The notes below the pieces were generated by a model, which worked only from the letters and a program-made list of their open reading frames with translations, was not told where the DNA came from and did no database searches. From contig NC_083450.1 in NCBI RefSeq assembly GCF_020745735.1, forward strand, positions 4,481,479 to 4,545,478: a stretch of DNA of 64,000 nt, given 5' to 3'. The position numbers were made by a program, and so were the translations under genes. Below, in pieces: positions 11,561 through 22,573 of this stretch (within the stretch, counting starts at the first letter, position 1; each line of letters opens with the position of its first letter). Source of the stretch: Hemiscyllium ocellatum. Taxonomy: Eukaryota.

Positions 11561-12785
11561 AGTCCCGAGGATGATCGGCAGATGCTTGTTTCAAGTGACC
11601 TAGTCTATCATGGGTCTGTTTGAGTAAACGTGTGACGTGTCTGAGAAGGTGAGGGTTTGATGGAGACCCTGCACTTTACCATCTGCATGTAGGTGAAGCC
11701 ACTGGCACCTGGGTGATGGTTTGGGACTGGTGACTGATGCTGCTGTTGCTGATCACTCAGTGATCAGGGAGGTTTCAGTTCCTCTGCTGACGTGACCTTC
11801 CCCTTCCCCTCCATCTGGAGTGAATGACCGCACCGCCTGTAACCTCTTCATAAACAGGCCAAAGCTAGCATAGCCTCTATTTTAGGGAGCTAACATGAAG
11901 CCACCCAGGTCCCCCAATGTCGACACCCTGCGCTGCATTGAACTCAGACGCAGAGGCCAACTTAAAACCAGCTCTTTGATTATATGATTCATCATTGGGG
12001 TGGGGTGGCTTCAATCAGACTGCTAAAGGATTGTTGTGGGACTGCAGCTTTCAAAGCAACAAGCCTTAAAATAAAATCAAAGACTCCCTCTCTGAAAGAG
12101 GAGGCCATTCAGTCCTTCCACCTTTCTTCACCACTCATCAAAACGAAGGATGATTGTTTCATAACTCCAATTTCCTATCCCATATCCCTCGATTCACTTT
12201 GTGTACAAAGTCCTACACATTAAGGTCTTCCATAGGCATCGAGACTAACATACATTCACTGGGCTCTGAGCGAGAGAATTTTTCTTCATCTCAGTTCAAA
12301 TTAGCTGCTCCTTATTCCAGCCTTTTCAGAAATATCCTGTTTTTCTGTTCTGCCAACCGTAGCATACAATTCCACATTTACCCACATCAAAGTCTGTGTA
12401 CCAATTCCTTCCCAAATCACTTATGCAGTCTATATCCCATTTCAGCCTTGCTATTCCACCTCAAAGTCTAATATCCCAAAGAGATTTGTATGTTCGTCCC
12501 ATCCTTCTGCAGAGTTCTCTTCCCTGATAGTTGTACCCTTACAAATTTAAAATCATTGCAATGAAAAGGCCGGCAGTGCATCTCCTTTGCTAAGGCTGAT
12601 GACTCAATGTTGGGCTGTGAATACTTTTTTAGAAAGGGATGTGATTAAAGTTTTGAAAATAATTGGAGAGGTCAAACAAAACTTAATGTCACAGAGTCAT
12701 AAACGTCTTCAACACTGAAAAAAGGCCTTTCAGCCCATCAAGTCTGCGCTGGTCAAATATGATCCCCTAAATCGCCTAATCCCAT

Positions 12786-13337
12786 AAGACATAGGAGTGG
12801 AAGTAAGGCCATTCGGCCCATCGAGTCCACTCCGCCATTCAATCATGGCTGATGGGCATTTCAACTCCACTTACCAGCATTCTCCCCGTAGCCCTTAATT
12901 CCTCGTGACATCAAGAACCTATCAATCTCTGCCTTGAAGACATTTAGCGTCCCGGCCTCCACTGCACTCTGCGGTAATGAATTCCACAGGCCCACCACTC
13001 TCTGGCTGAAGAAATGTCTCCACATTTCTGTTCTGAATTGACCCCCTCTAATTCTAAGGCTGTGTCCCCGGGTCCTAGTCTCCCCGCCTAACGGAAACAA
13101 TTTCCTAGCGTCCAGACTTTCCAAGCCATGTATTATCTTGTAAGTTTCTATTAAGTCTCCCCTTAATCTTCTAAACTCTAATGAATACAATTCTAGGATC
13201 CACAGCCGTTCCTCGTATGTTGGACCAACCATTCCAGGGATCATCCGTGTGAATTTCCGCTGGACACGTTCCAGTGCCAGTATGTCCTTCCTGAGGTGTG
13301 GGGACCAAAACTGGACACAGTACTCCAAATGGGGCCA
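12786..13337 (-). mobile_element. CR1 LINE 3' fragment, unit-1-specific, 9-bp TSD
   Basis: ORF 12861..13346: PHLEYCVQFWSPHL..LERVQRKFTRMIPG..RRHFFSQRVVGLWNSLP. TSD taatcccat at 12777-12785 and 13338-13346. Empty site at ~48180. Confidence 0.92.
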
Positions 13338-13910
13338 TAATCCCATTTTCTAGCACTCGTGTAACAAAATATTTCTTCAATGTTATGTGGGTTTCTGCCC
13401 CTACGACCCTTACAGGCAGTGAGTTCCACAAGGCAAACACCCTGTGGGTGAAAATAATTTTCCTCACACGTTCTCGAAGCGACCTGCTCTTTACCTTAAA
13501 TCTATGCACCCGGTCAGCATGAACGAGTTGAACTGGAGGCTCTGTTTGTTTGCTCTGGGCCTGTATCTCTCTGTGTCTCTGCTCCACAAGGAAGCCCGGA
13601 GAAAGAAGAGAATTATAAGTTTTTTTTAAAAAAAAACCTGCATGTTTTCAAGAGGATTTGGATATAGTTCTTCAGACTAAAGGGATCAAAGGGTAGTGGG
13701 TGAGAAAGTGGGGACAGGGGACTGATTTGGATGATCCTACTGACGAGCTGGGCTGAATAGCTTATGTCTGCCCTGATTTACCATGTTCCTCTGGGAAATA
13801 AATCCAATCCTATGTTAAACACCATAAACCCGAAAGTTGAGATGATGGACAATGAAGTGAGAAGCCAGAAATAAACCCGAAGTGACGATTTGCCTGGTCT
13901 CTGCCTCTTA

Positions 13911-14002
13911 ATTTGCATTCTGCTGAATAAATAGAGGCGGGAGAGCACTCACCGGCTTACCCACAGAGTGGTTCCCGGGAGTTAACAACACCCTGACAGC
14001 TG
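13911..14002 (+). promoter_or_regulatory. Ig promoter of cluster 1: octamer, TATA-like box, E-box
   Basis: ATTTGCAT 13911-13918, AATAAATA 13926-13933, CAGCTG 13997-14002. Positionally equivalent to clusters 2 and 3. Confidence 0.8.
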
Positions 14003-14125
14003 ACTGTTTCAGTGCTTTCCTGCTGTGGGCTCTGCTGCTCTGGATTAATGTCTGACCGTTAAATACCACTCGCTGGCAAAGTCTCTCACTGTGCACAGTG
14101 CGACAGGTCAGGGTGCAGAAACGAT
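14003..14125 (+). pseudogene. IgL cluster 1 leader/V remnant: leader ATG and donor deleted, V exon absent
   Basis: Residual ctgctgtgggctctgctgctc, then intron sequence to gtctctCACTGTG joined directly to the V heptamer CACAGTG-cgacaggtca. About 350 bp present in cluster 3 (49676-50025) is missing. Confidence 0.88.
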
Positions 14126-14334
14126 CAAATTTACAACAGCGTCTGAAATATCACTGGCTGAGTACATGTCACGATCTCCAGCAACATCTCTCTCTGCAGC
14201 TTCCGGCAGAGTCCAGCTGAAATTTGAGGGATTCCTGTCAGATTTTCCAGAGATGTTAGTCTCTGCATGAAACCCTATGCTGCCAGGATCCTCAGAGATT
14301 TGTGAATCCCTCTCTCGCCTGTGAATCAGTCTGA

Positions 14335-14431
14335 AAATGTGTTGCTGGAAAAGCGCAGCAGGTCAGGCAGCATCCAAAGAGCAGGAGAATCGATGTTTCG
14401 GGCATAAGCCCTTCTTCAAGAATGAGGAAAT
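14335..14431 (-). mobile_element. Penelope-like terminal fragment in the cluster 1 V-J interval, decayed hammerhead
   Basis: Minus strand reads cattcTTGAAGAagggcttatgcccgaaacatcga..gatgctgcctgacctgctg. tctga on both flanks. Empty site at ~50280. Confidence 0.75.
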
Positions 14432-14534
14432 TCTGACCCACATAACCTTCATATCCCTGAGAAAGGCGCAAGTTGGAAAAGGACAAATCACTCATTTTTT
14501 TCCTCTGCAATTTTCCCCCCCCAGCTCTGGCTTG

Positions 14535-14611
14535 GTTTCTTGGTAAGTCACAGCATTGGAACGCCTCTCAGTGATTCATCTTCGGAGCTGAGACCATCCT
14601 AAATGTTCGCA
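14535..14611 (+). pseudogene. IgL J pseudosegment of cluster 1 with 23-RSS
   Basis: gtttcttgg-23bp-ctcagtg (14567-14573), then A TTC ATC TTC GGA GCT GAG ACC.. = FIFGAETILNVR. FGxG motif broken and donor GT lost (cgcataagt). Confidence 0.85.
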
Positions 14612-15079
14612 TAAGTGATTCTGTTTTCTCTCTCTTTATCATTCAGATTAATACAATTTTTATCCCTTCAGCGTCGATTCTATTCCCCAGATTTAGCCAA
14701 TGCACGATTTAACACTTTTCGTAACAAATCTAACTTACACATACAAGTATTGCATAACTATTCTCTCACTTACTCAATAACAGAGGTAAAAGTACAGTTT
14801 TGTCAATAATTTTCTCACATAATCTGACAGATCAGGGCCTTTTATATCTATTAATAAGTTGCTTGCATTCACATACATGCAGGACAGATAGATTATATCA
14901 ATAATTCTCTCTCTCACACATGGAGTTTGGTGTTCTTTTCATTATTCTGTCTGCCTCACAGACACACACAGCTCGGAAATGCATTTGCATCAGTAATTCT
15001 CTCTCTTTTTGTCCGTCTTTGTGTGACACGTTATATTAATAATTCAATCTCACAGGAATACCCAACATCAGAGTGCTAT

Positions 15080-15414
15080 ATATACAAGATGATTAGGGGT
15101 TTAGATAGGGTTGACCATGAGAACCTTTTTCCACGTATGGAGTCAGCTATTACGAGGGGGCATAGCTTTAAATTAAGGGGTGGTAGGTATAGGACAGATG
15201 TTAGGGGTAGATTCTTTACTCAGCCAGTCGCGAATTCATGGAATGCCCTGCCAGTAGCAGTGGTGGACTCTCCCTCTTTATGGGCATTTAAACGGGCATT
15301 GGATAGGTATATGGAGGAAAGTGGGCTAGTGTAGGTTAGGTGGGCTTGGATCGGCGCAACATCGAGGGCCGAAGGGCCTGTACTGCGCTGTATTTTTCTA
15401 TGTTCTATGTTCTA
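15080..15414 (+). mobile_element. CR1 LINE 3' fragment in the cluster 1 J-C intron
   Basis: YKMIRGLDRVD..RGHSFKLRGGRYRTDVRGRFFTQ..WNALP (ORF 14927..15334). ttctatgttctatgttcta tail. Same subfamily as 54489. Confidence 0.92.
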
Positions 15415-16475
15415 TTTATTGCTAATTGTTATTGTTGTTAAAATTTCTCTGTCATCCACACACACAGGCCCAGAGATCATATCAGCAATTCTCTCAAATT
15501 TTACTGGACAGTGTTGCATTAATAATTTGCTCTCGTGCAGACAGACGTAGGTCAAAACATTATTTGCATTAATCTATCTCATTGTCTCTTTCTGTCCCCA
15601 ACCCTCTCTCTCATACACAGATGAGCATGCACACGTGTGCACGCCCGTGCACTTATACACACACAAGTCAAGCTGTTATCTATGTTAATTGTTCTTATCC
15701 TCAGATACACACAAAGGTCAGAGATTATATCATTAATTCGGTCTCACACACTCGCAGGTCAATGATGTATTAATATTTCTAACGCTCAAAAATACAAACA
15801 GGTCAGTGACTATAACGACAATTCTCTCTCACACACGTCAGAGATTCTATCAATAATTCGCTGACACATTTACAGGTCGGAGTCCGCTTAATAATTCTCT
15901 TGCCCCTCTCTCGCTCACACACACGGGTGAGCGATTGTAACAATCATCTCCCCTCACAGTCAGGATGTTATCTATATTTTAGTGATTGTGTCTCTCTCTC
16001 TCTCACACACGCACAGGTCAAAACGTTATTTGAACGAATAAATCTCTCTCTCGCACATATATAGGTAGACCTGAGATTATATTAATAATCATCCCATTCA
16101 TGCAGGTCAGTGTTACATTGATGATTCGCTTTCTCATAAACACAGGCAGTTCAGAGATTGTATCAATAATTCTCTCTTACACACACCGTTCAGAGTTACG
16201 TTAATAGTTTTCTCACTCACAGACACACACAAATCAGGCTGTTATTGCCCTTTCTTCCTCTCTGCCTCTCATACACACAGGTCAATTTTAAAGAATGTTC
16301 TCTCTCTCACACGCACACACAATCGGACAGGTGTTTAATGTATGTTAACAATTCGCTCTCTCCATCTCTCTCTCCTTTGTACCCCTCCCGACCCCAATGC
16401 GTAGAATGCTCAGTGTGATACTTATATTAATAATTCCCATTCACGCAAATATACACACGTTACCAACAGAGCTTA

Positions 16476-16779
16476 TTAGATTAGATTAGACTTACAGTGT
16501 GGAAACAGGCCCTTCGGCCCAACAAGTCCACACCGACCCGCCGAAGCGCAACCCACCCATACTCCTACATTTACCCCTTACCTAACACTACGGGCAATTT
16601 AGCTTGGCCAATTCACCTGACCTGCACATCTTTGTGACTGTGGGAGGAAACCGGAGCACCACGCAGACACGGGGAGAACGTGCAAACTCCACACAGTCAG
16701 TCGCCTGAGTCGGGAATCGAACCCGGGTCTACAGGCGCTGTGAGGCAGCAGTGCTAACCACTGTGCCACCGTGCCGCCC
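16476..16779 (-). mobile_element. HE1-like V-SINE
   Basis: Near-consensus reverse complement copy ending gtgccaccgtgccgccc. Confidence 0.92.
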
Positions 16780-18710
16780 TATCAATGATTCTCTCCCACA
16801 TCCAAGTAAGGGCTCCATTAGTAATTGTTTCTCACTCAAATATTGAGGTTATATCAATAATTCTCTCTCACAAACAAACACAGGTCAAGATTACATCAAT
16901 AATTTTCCCTCAGACACGCAGATCAGCATTGTGTTCCCGAACTTTCCCTCAAACAATGAGAAAGCAATTGCACTTTTCTCTCTCTCTCTCTCTGACACAC
17001 ACACATACAAGGTCAGTGTGTTATAAATGTTAATAATTCTGTGTCTCTCACAAACACGCAGTTCAGAGATTGTAAAACTCTTTCTCTCTCACGCAAGGCG
17101 GGTCAGTGTTCCATTAATAATTCCTTCTCACACACAAACATGGAGCGATATGAGTTCTGTTTAAATTAATAACTCTCTCTCAAACCCACGCACATACATA
17201 TACCCACACACACAGAGACAGGTCTGAGATTCTACCAAAAAATCTCTCTCTCCTACAGGGCATTGTTACATTCATAATGCTCTCACTCACAAATACACAC
17301 ACGTTAAATAGTTTATATCAATAAGTCTCCCACACTCATAGGTCAGTGTTATGCTTGTAGTTTACTGTCTCATAGTCACACACACACACCAGTCAGAGTG
17401 TTTTATATACCTTCGTAATTCTTTCTCGCTCTCTCTTCATCTCTCTCTCGCACACACAGATCAGAGTGTACATCGTTAATTCTCTCTCTCACACACGTCA
17501 GGTAGTTCATCATAATACTTGTCTCACACAAAGGTCAGAGACTTTTATATATATATTAGTATTTATCTCTCGCACGCAGGTGAGATACTTATATTAATAA
17601 CTGCTAATCTCTTTCTCTCTCATACGCAGATCAGTGTTACATTAATAATTCTCTCACACACAAACATTTAGCAGTCAATGTTATTTATACCAACAATTCT
17701 CTCTCTCCATTCAACACACATGAACATGCACGTAAATGTCAGTGCTTTATATATCTTAATAATTCCCTCTCACAAACAGGTCAGACATTATAACAACAGT
17801 TCTCCCTCATAAGATATGTTAATAATTCTCCCTTTCACAAAAACACCCAGGGCAGAGTGTTAAATATATTAACAAGTCTCCCTCTCACTCATACACAACT
17901 CAGACATAGCACCGAGATTTAATCAACAATTCTCTCACACACAAAGAGATCAACGTGCAATTTCTATGAATGTTTCTCTTGCTCTCTTTCTCACACACAC
18001 ACAAACACACGCACAGACAAGGGCACATATTAGGGATTATGTCAATAATTTTATCTGAACAGCACAAGTCAGTGTTACAGGAATAATTCTCTCTCAGTGT
18101 GTTATTTGTATTTATAATTCTCTCTCCCTCCTTTTTCTCTCTCCCTTTCTCTCTCTCTCTACATTTTTACCTCATCCCCGCCCCCCTCACACACACACAC
18201 ACACGCACACATAGAGAGACCAGTTTTATATTAATAGTTCTCTTCCAATAAAATCACACATGTTAGAGTCATAATTATATTAATAACTCTCTCTTTTAGA
18301 AAAACACACGGGTCAGTTTGTTATTTATGTTAATAATTGGCCGTCTCCCTCTCTCTCTCTCACACACACACAAGTACACATTAGAAATTACAACACCAAT
18401 AATTCTTTGTCAGACATGCTGGTCAGATAGATTATATCAATACTTCTCTCACACAGACAACTCAGATGTATATTAATATTTATCTTTCTCACTCACGCAG
18501 GTCAGAGTGTACTGTACATAAGTAGTTCTCTCTCTCATAATCACACACATCAGAGTTGACATCAATAATCATCTCTCTCACACAAAAGTCAAATAGTTCA
18601 TCTTAATCAAAATCACAAGTTGCTAGCAAGGCTCAGCTGATCTATTAGCATCTGTGTAGAGAAATCAGAGTTCATGTTTCGGGTCCTTTGCTCTCTTTCC
18701 CCACTCACAG

Positions 18711-19173
18711 GTAGCGATGATCAGAAACCTTCTGTCCTGCTCCCTCCTTCCCCGGAACAAATAGATCCAGGATCAGCCACCCTGTCCTTTCTGGTGAGTC
18801 ACTTTAAGCCAGGCTTTGTGCAGGTGCTCTGGAGTGTGGATGGCAGAGAGACAGACAGCGGTGTGACCACCAACGCTGTGTCCCCGGACAGTGATCAAAG
18901 TCACAGCCTGAGCAGTTACCTGACAGTCTCAGCCACCCACTGTAAGAAAGACTCCTGCAGTGTGAGACATGGTTCACTTTAGATTGACAAATTCTTGATG
19001 TCACAAGGAATTAAGGGCTACGGGGAGAATGCGGGTGAGTGGAGTTGAAATGCCCATCAGCCATGATTGGATGGCGGAGTGGACTCGGTGGGCCGAATGG
19101 CCTTACTTCCACTCCTATGTCTCATGGTCTTAACTCACCTCTCCTCAACACCATCAGTTCCAGCGACTGTTAG
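18711..19173 (+). pseudogene. IgL C exon pseudogene (cluster 1), LINE-interrupted
   Basis: cacAG|GT AGC GAT.. = SDDQKPSVLLPPSPEQIDPGSATLSFLVSHFKPG..SC SVRHGSL [insert] NSPLLNTISSSDC*. First Cys changed to Phe, Trp lost, small in-frame deletions. AATAAA at 19438-19443. Confidence 0.92.
18979..19131 (+). mobile_element. 5'-truncated CR1 3' end inserted in C exon 1
   Basis: Matches the reverse complement of 12786-12935 and ends ctcctatgtctcatggtctt. Splits the ggttcactg|aactc seen intact at ~54003-54016. Confidence 0.9.
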
Positions 19174-19750
19174 TCTGAGGCAAGCCATGACTCGGGTCAG
19201 TCGCTGTGAGTCCAGCAGCATTTTGTTTTGCAGCGTAATTTCTGCACCGATGTTCCTATTTCGTGAATAATCCGAATGTGGATGAAATGATTATTCCATT
19301 TGGTGAGTGGGGGATTTCCTGCTGCAACTGTCCCCAGCATTTTGTGTGTAACCTCTCGTTCTGGGTAGAATGGGGAGTGATCTCCCCTTTGAGACAATGG
19401 TCCTGTTGCATTTGCGAACTTTGTAAACACAGCTCTGAATAAATATGAAACAGTTCCAGGAAATGAGTGCGCCTCATTATTGAACATTGAAAGAGGCACT
19501 CAGGGTCTTGGCAGTGGGTACTTTACACGTGTGGCAACATTACACAGAATTATATCAAGTAATGGTATGGGATCGCACATCAGTAATTTTCATCTCAATC
19601 ACTCCCTGAAGGACCGAGTCCCCAGTTCTCCCCCTACACCCTGTGAGAGTGATTCCTTATTTTCCCCCACTCCCCGTGGTAGCTAGTTTCACAATCCTCC
19701 GGAATTTCCTCTTATATTATGGACCGAATTTATTGGGACTGGGTGATGAT

Positions 19751-20231
19751 CGGGTAACCCGTGGCTCAACACTTTAACTCTCCCTCCCACTCCACCGAGG
19801 ACATGCAGGTCCTTGGACTCCTCCACCGGCAGAACATAACAACACGACGGCTGGAGGAGGAGCGCCTTATCTTCCGCCTGGGAACCCTCCAACCACAAGG
19901 GATGAACTCAGATTTCTCCAGTTTCCTCATTTCCCCTCCCCCCACCTTGTCTCAGTCGGTTCCCTCAACTCAGCACCGCCCTCCTAACCTGCAATTTTCT
20001 TCCTGACCTCTCCGCCCCCACCCCACTCCGGCCTATCACCCTCACCTTGACCTCCTTCCACCTATCACATCTCCATCGCCCCTCCCCCAAGTCCCTCCTC
20101 CCTACCTTTTATCTTAGCCTGCTTGGCACACTCTCCTCATTCCTGATGAAGGGCTTATGCCCGAAACGTCGAATTTCCTATTCCTTGGATGCTGCCTGAC
20201 CTGCTGTGCTTTAACCAGCAACACATTTTCA
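19751..20231 (+). mobile_element. Penelope-like retroelement 3' part (GIY-YIG C-terminus plus pLTR), 13-bp TSD
   Basis: ORF 19761: AQHFNSPSHS.EDMQVLGLLH..RRLEEERLIFRLGTLQPQGMN. TSD actgggtgatgat at 19738-19750 and 20232-20244. Confidence 0.88.
20139..20174 (+). ncRNA. Minimal type I hammerhead ribozyme (Penelope pLTR)
   Basis: attc CTGATGA A GGGC-ttat-GCCC GAAAC GTC gaat: complete core, stem II, stem I (attc/gaat), GUC triplet and an ACGT palindrome replacing stem III. Confidence 0.75.
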
Positions 20232-20559
20232 ACTGGGTGATGATGATCAGCTTGTTTGCTCAAGAAATAGAACATTCCGCACTCTTCAGCCCTCAGAATT
20301 TTAAAAGCCTCAATCAGGTAATGTTCCTCAGCTCTTTATTTTCTATAGAGAAGTGGCCCAGAACTGGTGACCCTCTCCTGATTCACTTAACCTCCCAGTT
20401 CTGACCAATCTTGACCATGAATCCTCCTTTCTAGTGACTCGGTAATTATGATAGAATTTGTTGTTTCGGCCTCTGCACCTTAGGGCAGTGTAACAAACAG
20501 ACATGGTTCGTGGTTGGACTGTGTAAAACACAGGCTGTGTCAGGGACAGCAGAGGTCAC

Positions 20560-21300
20560 CTGCAGAGAAGTCTGTGTTGCTCGCCTGTTTCCAGTAACTC
20601 CCTCTTTCTCTCTCACACACATTCATAAACACTCCGTCTGTCACATGCACACACATTTTCTCACTCTGACACACAGTCTCTCCAAGACATCCTCTCGCGT
20701 ACACATGCACACGTTCCCTTTTCACCACACTCTCTTTAACTCTTTCTCACACACTCACACTTTCCCTTTTCAACACACTCTCTTTAACTCTTTAACTCTT
20801 TCTCACACATTCACACTTTCCCTTTTCACCACACTCGCACAACATATGCATTCACAATTTCTACCCCTTTAGCACTCTAACTCTCCCTCTGTATCTTGCA
20901 AATTCACTCTGAAACGCATCACGCCTCACATGCAGTCAGCCGGTTTCACGTTCCCACTTTCACTCCCTCACACACTCACACTTTCTATCTTTCACGCACT
21001 CTCCCTCACTTCCTCCCTCAATCTCTCTTCCACTTATCCTCTCTAACTCTCACGCACACCATCTCCGTCTCTTACACACACTTACAATTTTTCACATGCA
21101 CTCATATGCCTTCACTCCCCTGCATACACAGACATGTTCTCTGCCTTCCTGGCACTCCGTGAACTTTTCCTGACACGCAGTCATTTGCTCTTTTCCCAAT
21201 GCCTTCACTACAACATCCCTTATATGTACAGCCACACACACTTTTTCTTGCTGGGACACATTTTTCTTTTTCACATGCCCTCTTTCACATACAGAATAGC
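20560..21300 (+). repeat. CT/CA-rich low-complexity tract downstream of each cluster (also ~33100-33830 and ~55045-55600)
   Basis: Homologous pyrimidine- and CA-rich tracts followed by the same old CR1-like piece (gcacatttgaggctgagatg). Confidence 0.7.
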
Positions 21301-21553
21301 ACATTTGAGGCTGAGATGCAAAATTTAATCACTTGGATGATGGTGAAACTGTGGAAATTTCCATCATGGAACTATGTGGAAACCAAGTCATTGGTGTCTA
21401 TATCAGAACGAAATCGTTTCCTTAGCACTATAGCTGTCTGGGAGAGAGTGGCAGATTACATTGAGATAGAGGTTGAGCCCTAATGGCATTGAATGGCAGG
21501 TCTGACTTGATGGGCCGAATGTTCTCAGATTGTTCCTATGCTCTCTATTTTTG

Positions 21554-21652
21554 ACGCAGACCCGGGGAGAACGTGCAAACTCCACACAGTCAGTCGCCTG
21601 AGGCGGGAATTGAACCCCGGTCTCTGTGAGGCAGCAGTGCTAACCACTGTGC
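21554..21652 (-). mobile_element. HE1-like SINE 5' fragment
   Basis: tRNA-like head and part of the V-domain only. Confidence 0.85.
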
Positions 21653-22434
21653 TACTGAGTTGCCCACTATCCAGACAGTAAAGCAGTACACTGACTGTGA
21701 CTGTGGCTACATTATTTCTACTTGGGCTTGGGAAATGGTGGAATTCGCTGACTGAGATTCTGACCAACATGAGCATGGTCTGGGGAAGGAGGTAAAAACA
21801 TTTTAGCAGTTTCACGTCTCGTGGTTTACACTGAAACTGCCCACACATGATTATTTGCCACTCGGGGTGATATGCGTTGGAGGGCAGATGTGGGGTGGGG
21901 TGGGTTGGGGGTGGAGTGGGGTGGATTTGGGGCGGGGCGATTCAGTTCAGAATGTTTGTGAATATTACCTAGCTCAACCTTGAAAAACACTATCTGGAAA
22001 AATCAGACCCGAGTAAACTTTAGGGGACAGTATTTGTTGGTGTATTCAGAGTCCAGGCTTGACATTTTCTGAAGGTGGACACCATCGTCATCACTGCCGC
22101 TGGGTGTCGCTGTGACTCATGCATGCCCTCAACAAAACTGCTCTGTGGTACAGTGTATCCTCTTCCCTGTGCTGTGTGGTGTTCTAACTGAAACATACCT
22201 GACTCATTACTACCCCCAAACACGCACACTCAAGCATGCACGCTTGCACACACACACATACACAGACTCATGCTGCTGCTACGTGGTGCAGTAACTGAAA
22301 AATATTCCTGGTGCGCCCCCACCACCCACAAACACACACATTCACGCTCATCCCTGCAGTTGGGTGTTATTCTATTTGAAATAAACGCACGAAGGAGGCA
22401 CACGCATTTATCTCTGGCACTGAATATTGCTTTA

Positions 22435-22573
22435 NNNNNNNNNNNNNNNNNNNNNNNNNNNNNNNNNNNNNNNNNNNNNNNNNNNNNNNNNNNNNNNNNN
22501 NNNNNNNNNNNNNNNNNNNNNNNNNNNNNNNNNNNNNNNNNNNNNNNNNNNNNNNNNNNNNNNNNNNNNNNNN
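22435..22573. other. Assembly gap (139 N)
   Basis: Run of N. Confidence 1.

Larger units (their letters stand above)
14780..18620 (+). repeat. J-C intron ~40-bp satellite, cluster 1
   Basis: Recurrent ctctctcacacacaggtcagagattatatcaataatt-like units. Confidence 0.75.
5270..22434 (+). repeat. Segmental-duplication unit 1
   Basis: Collinear blocks: 5280~40140, 6360~40900, 9080~41670, 10400~22575~43020~61500, 11600~26240~46730, 13820~27853~49293. Confidence 0.85.

Noticed and set aside
18674-18982. ORF starting MFRVLCSL as a novel signal-peptide C-domain gene
   Set aside because: The ATG is intronic, the domain lacks its first Cys and Trp, and it is truncated by a LINE.
21990-22130. Serine-protease TAAHC-like motif (IVITAAGC)
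   Set aside because: The catalytic His is absent, the motif is not kept in the paralogs, and no other trypsin motifs are nearby.
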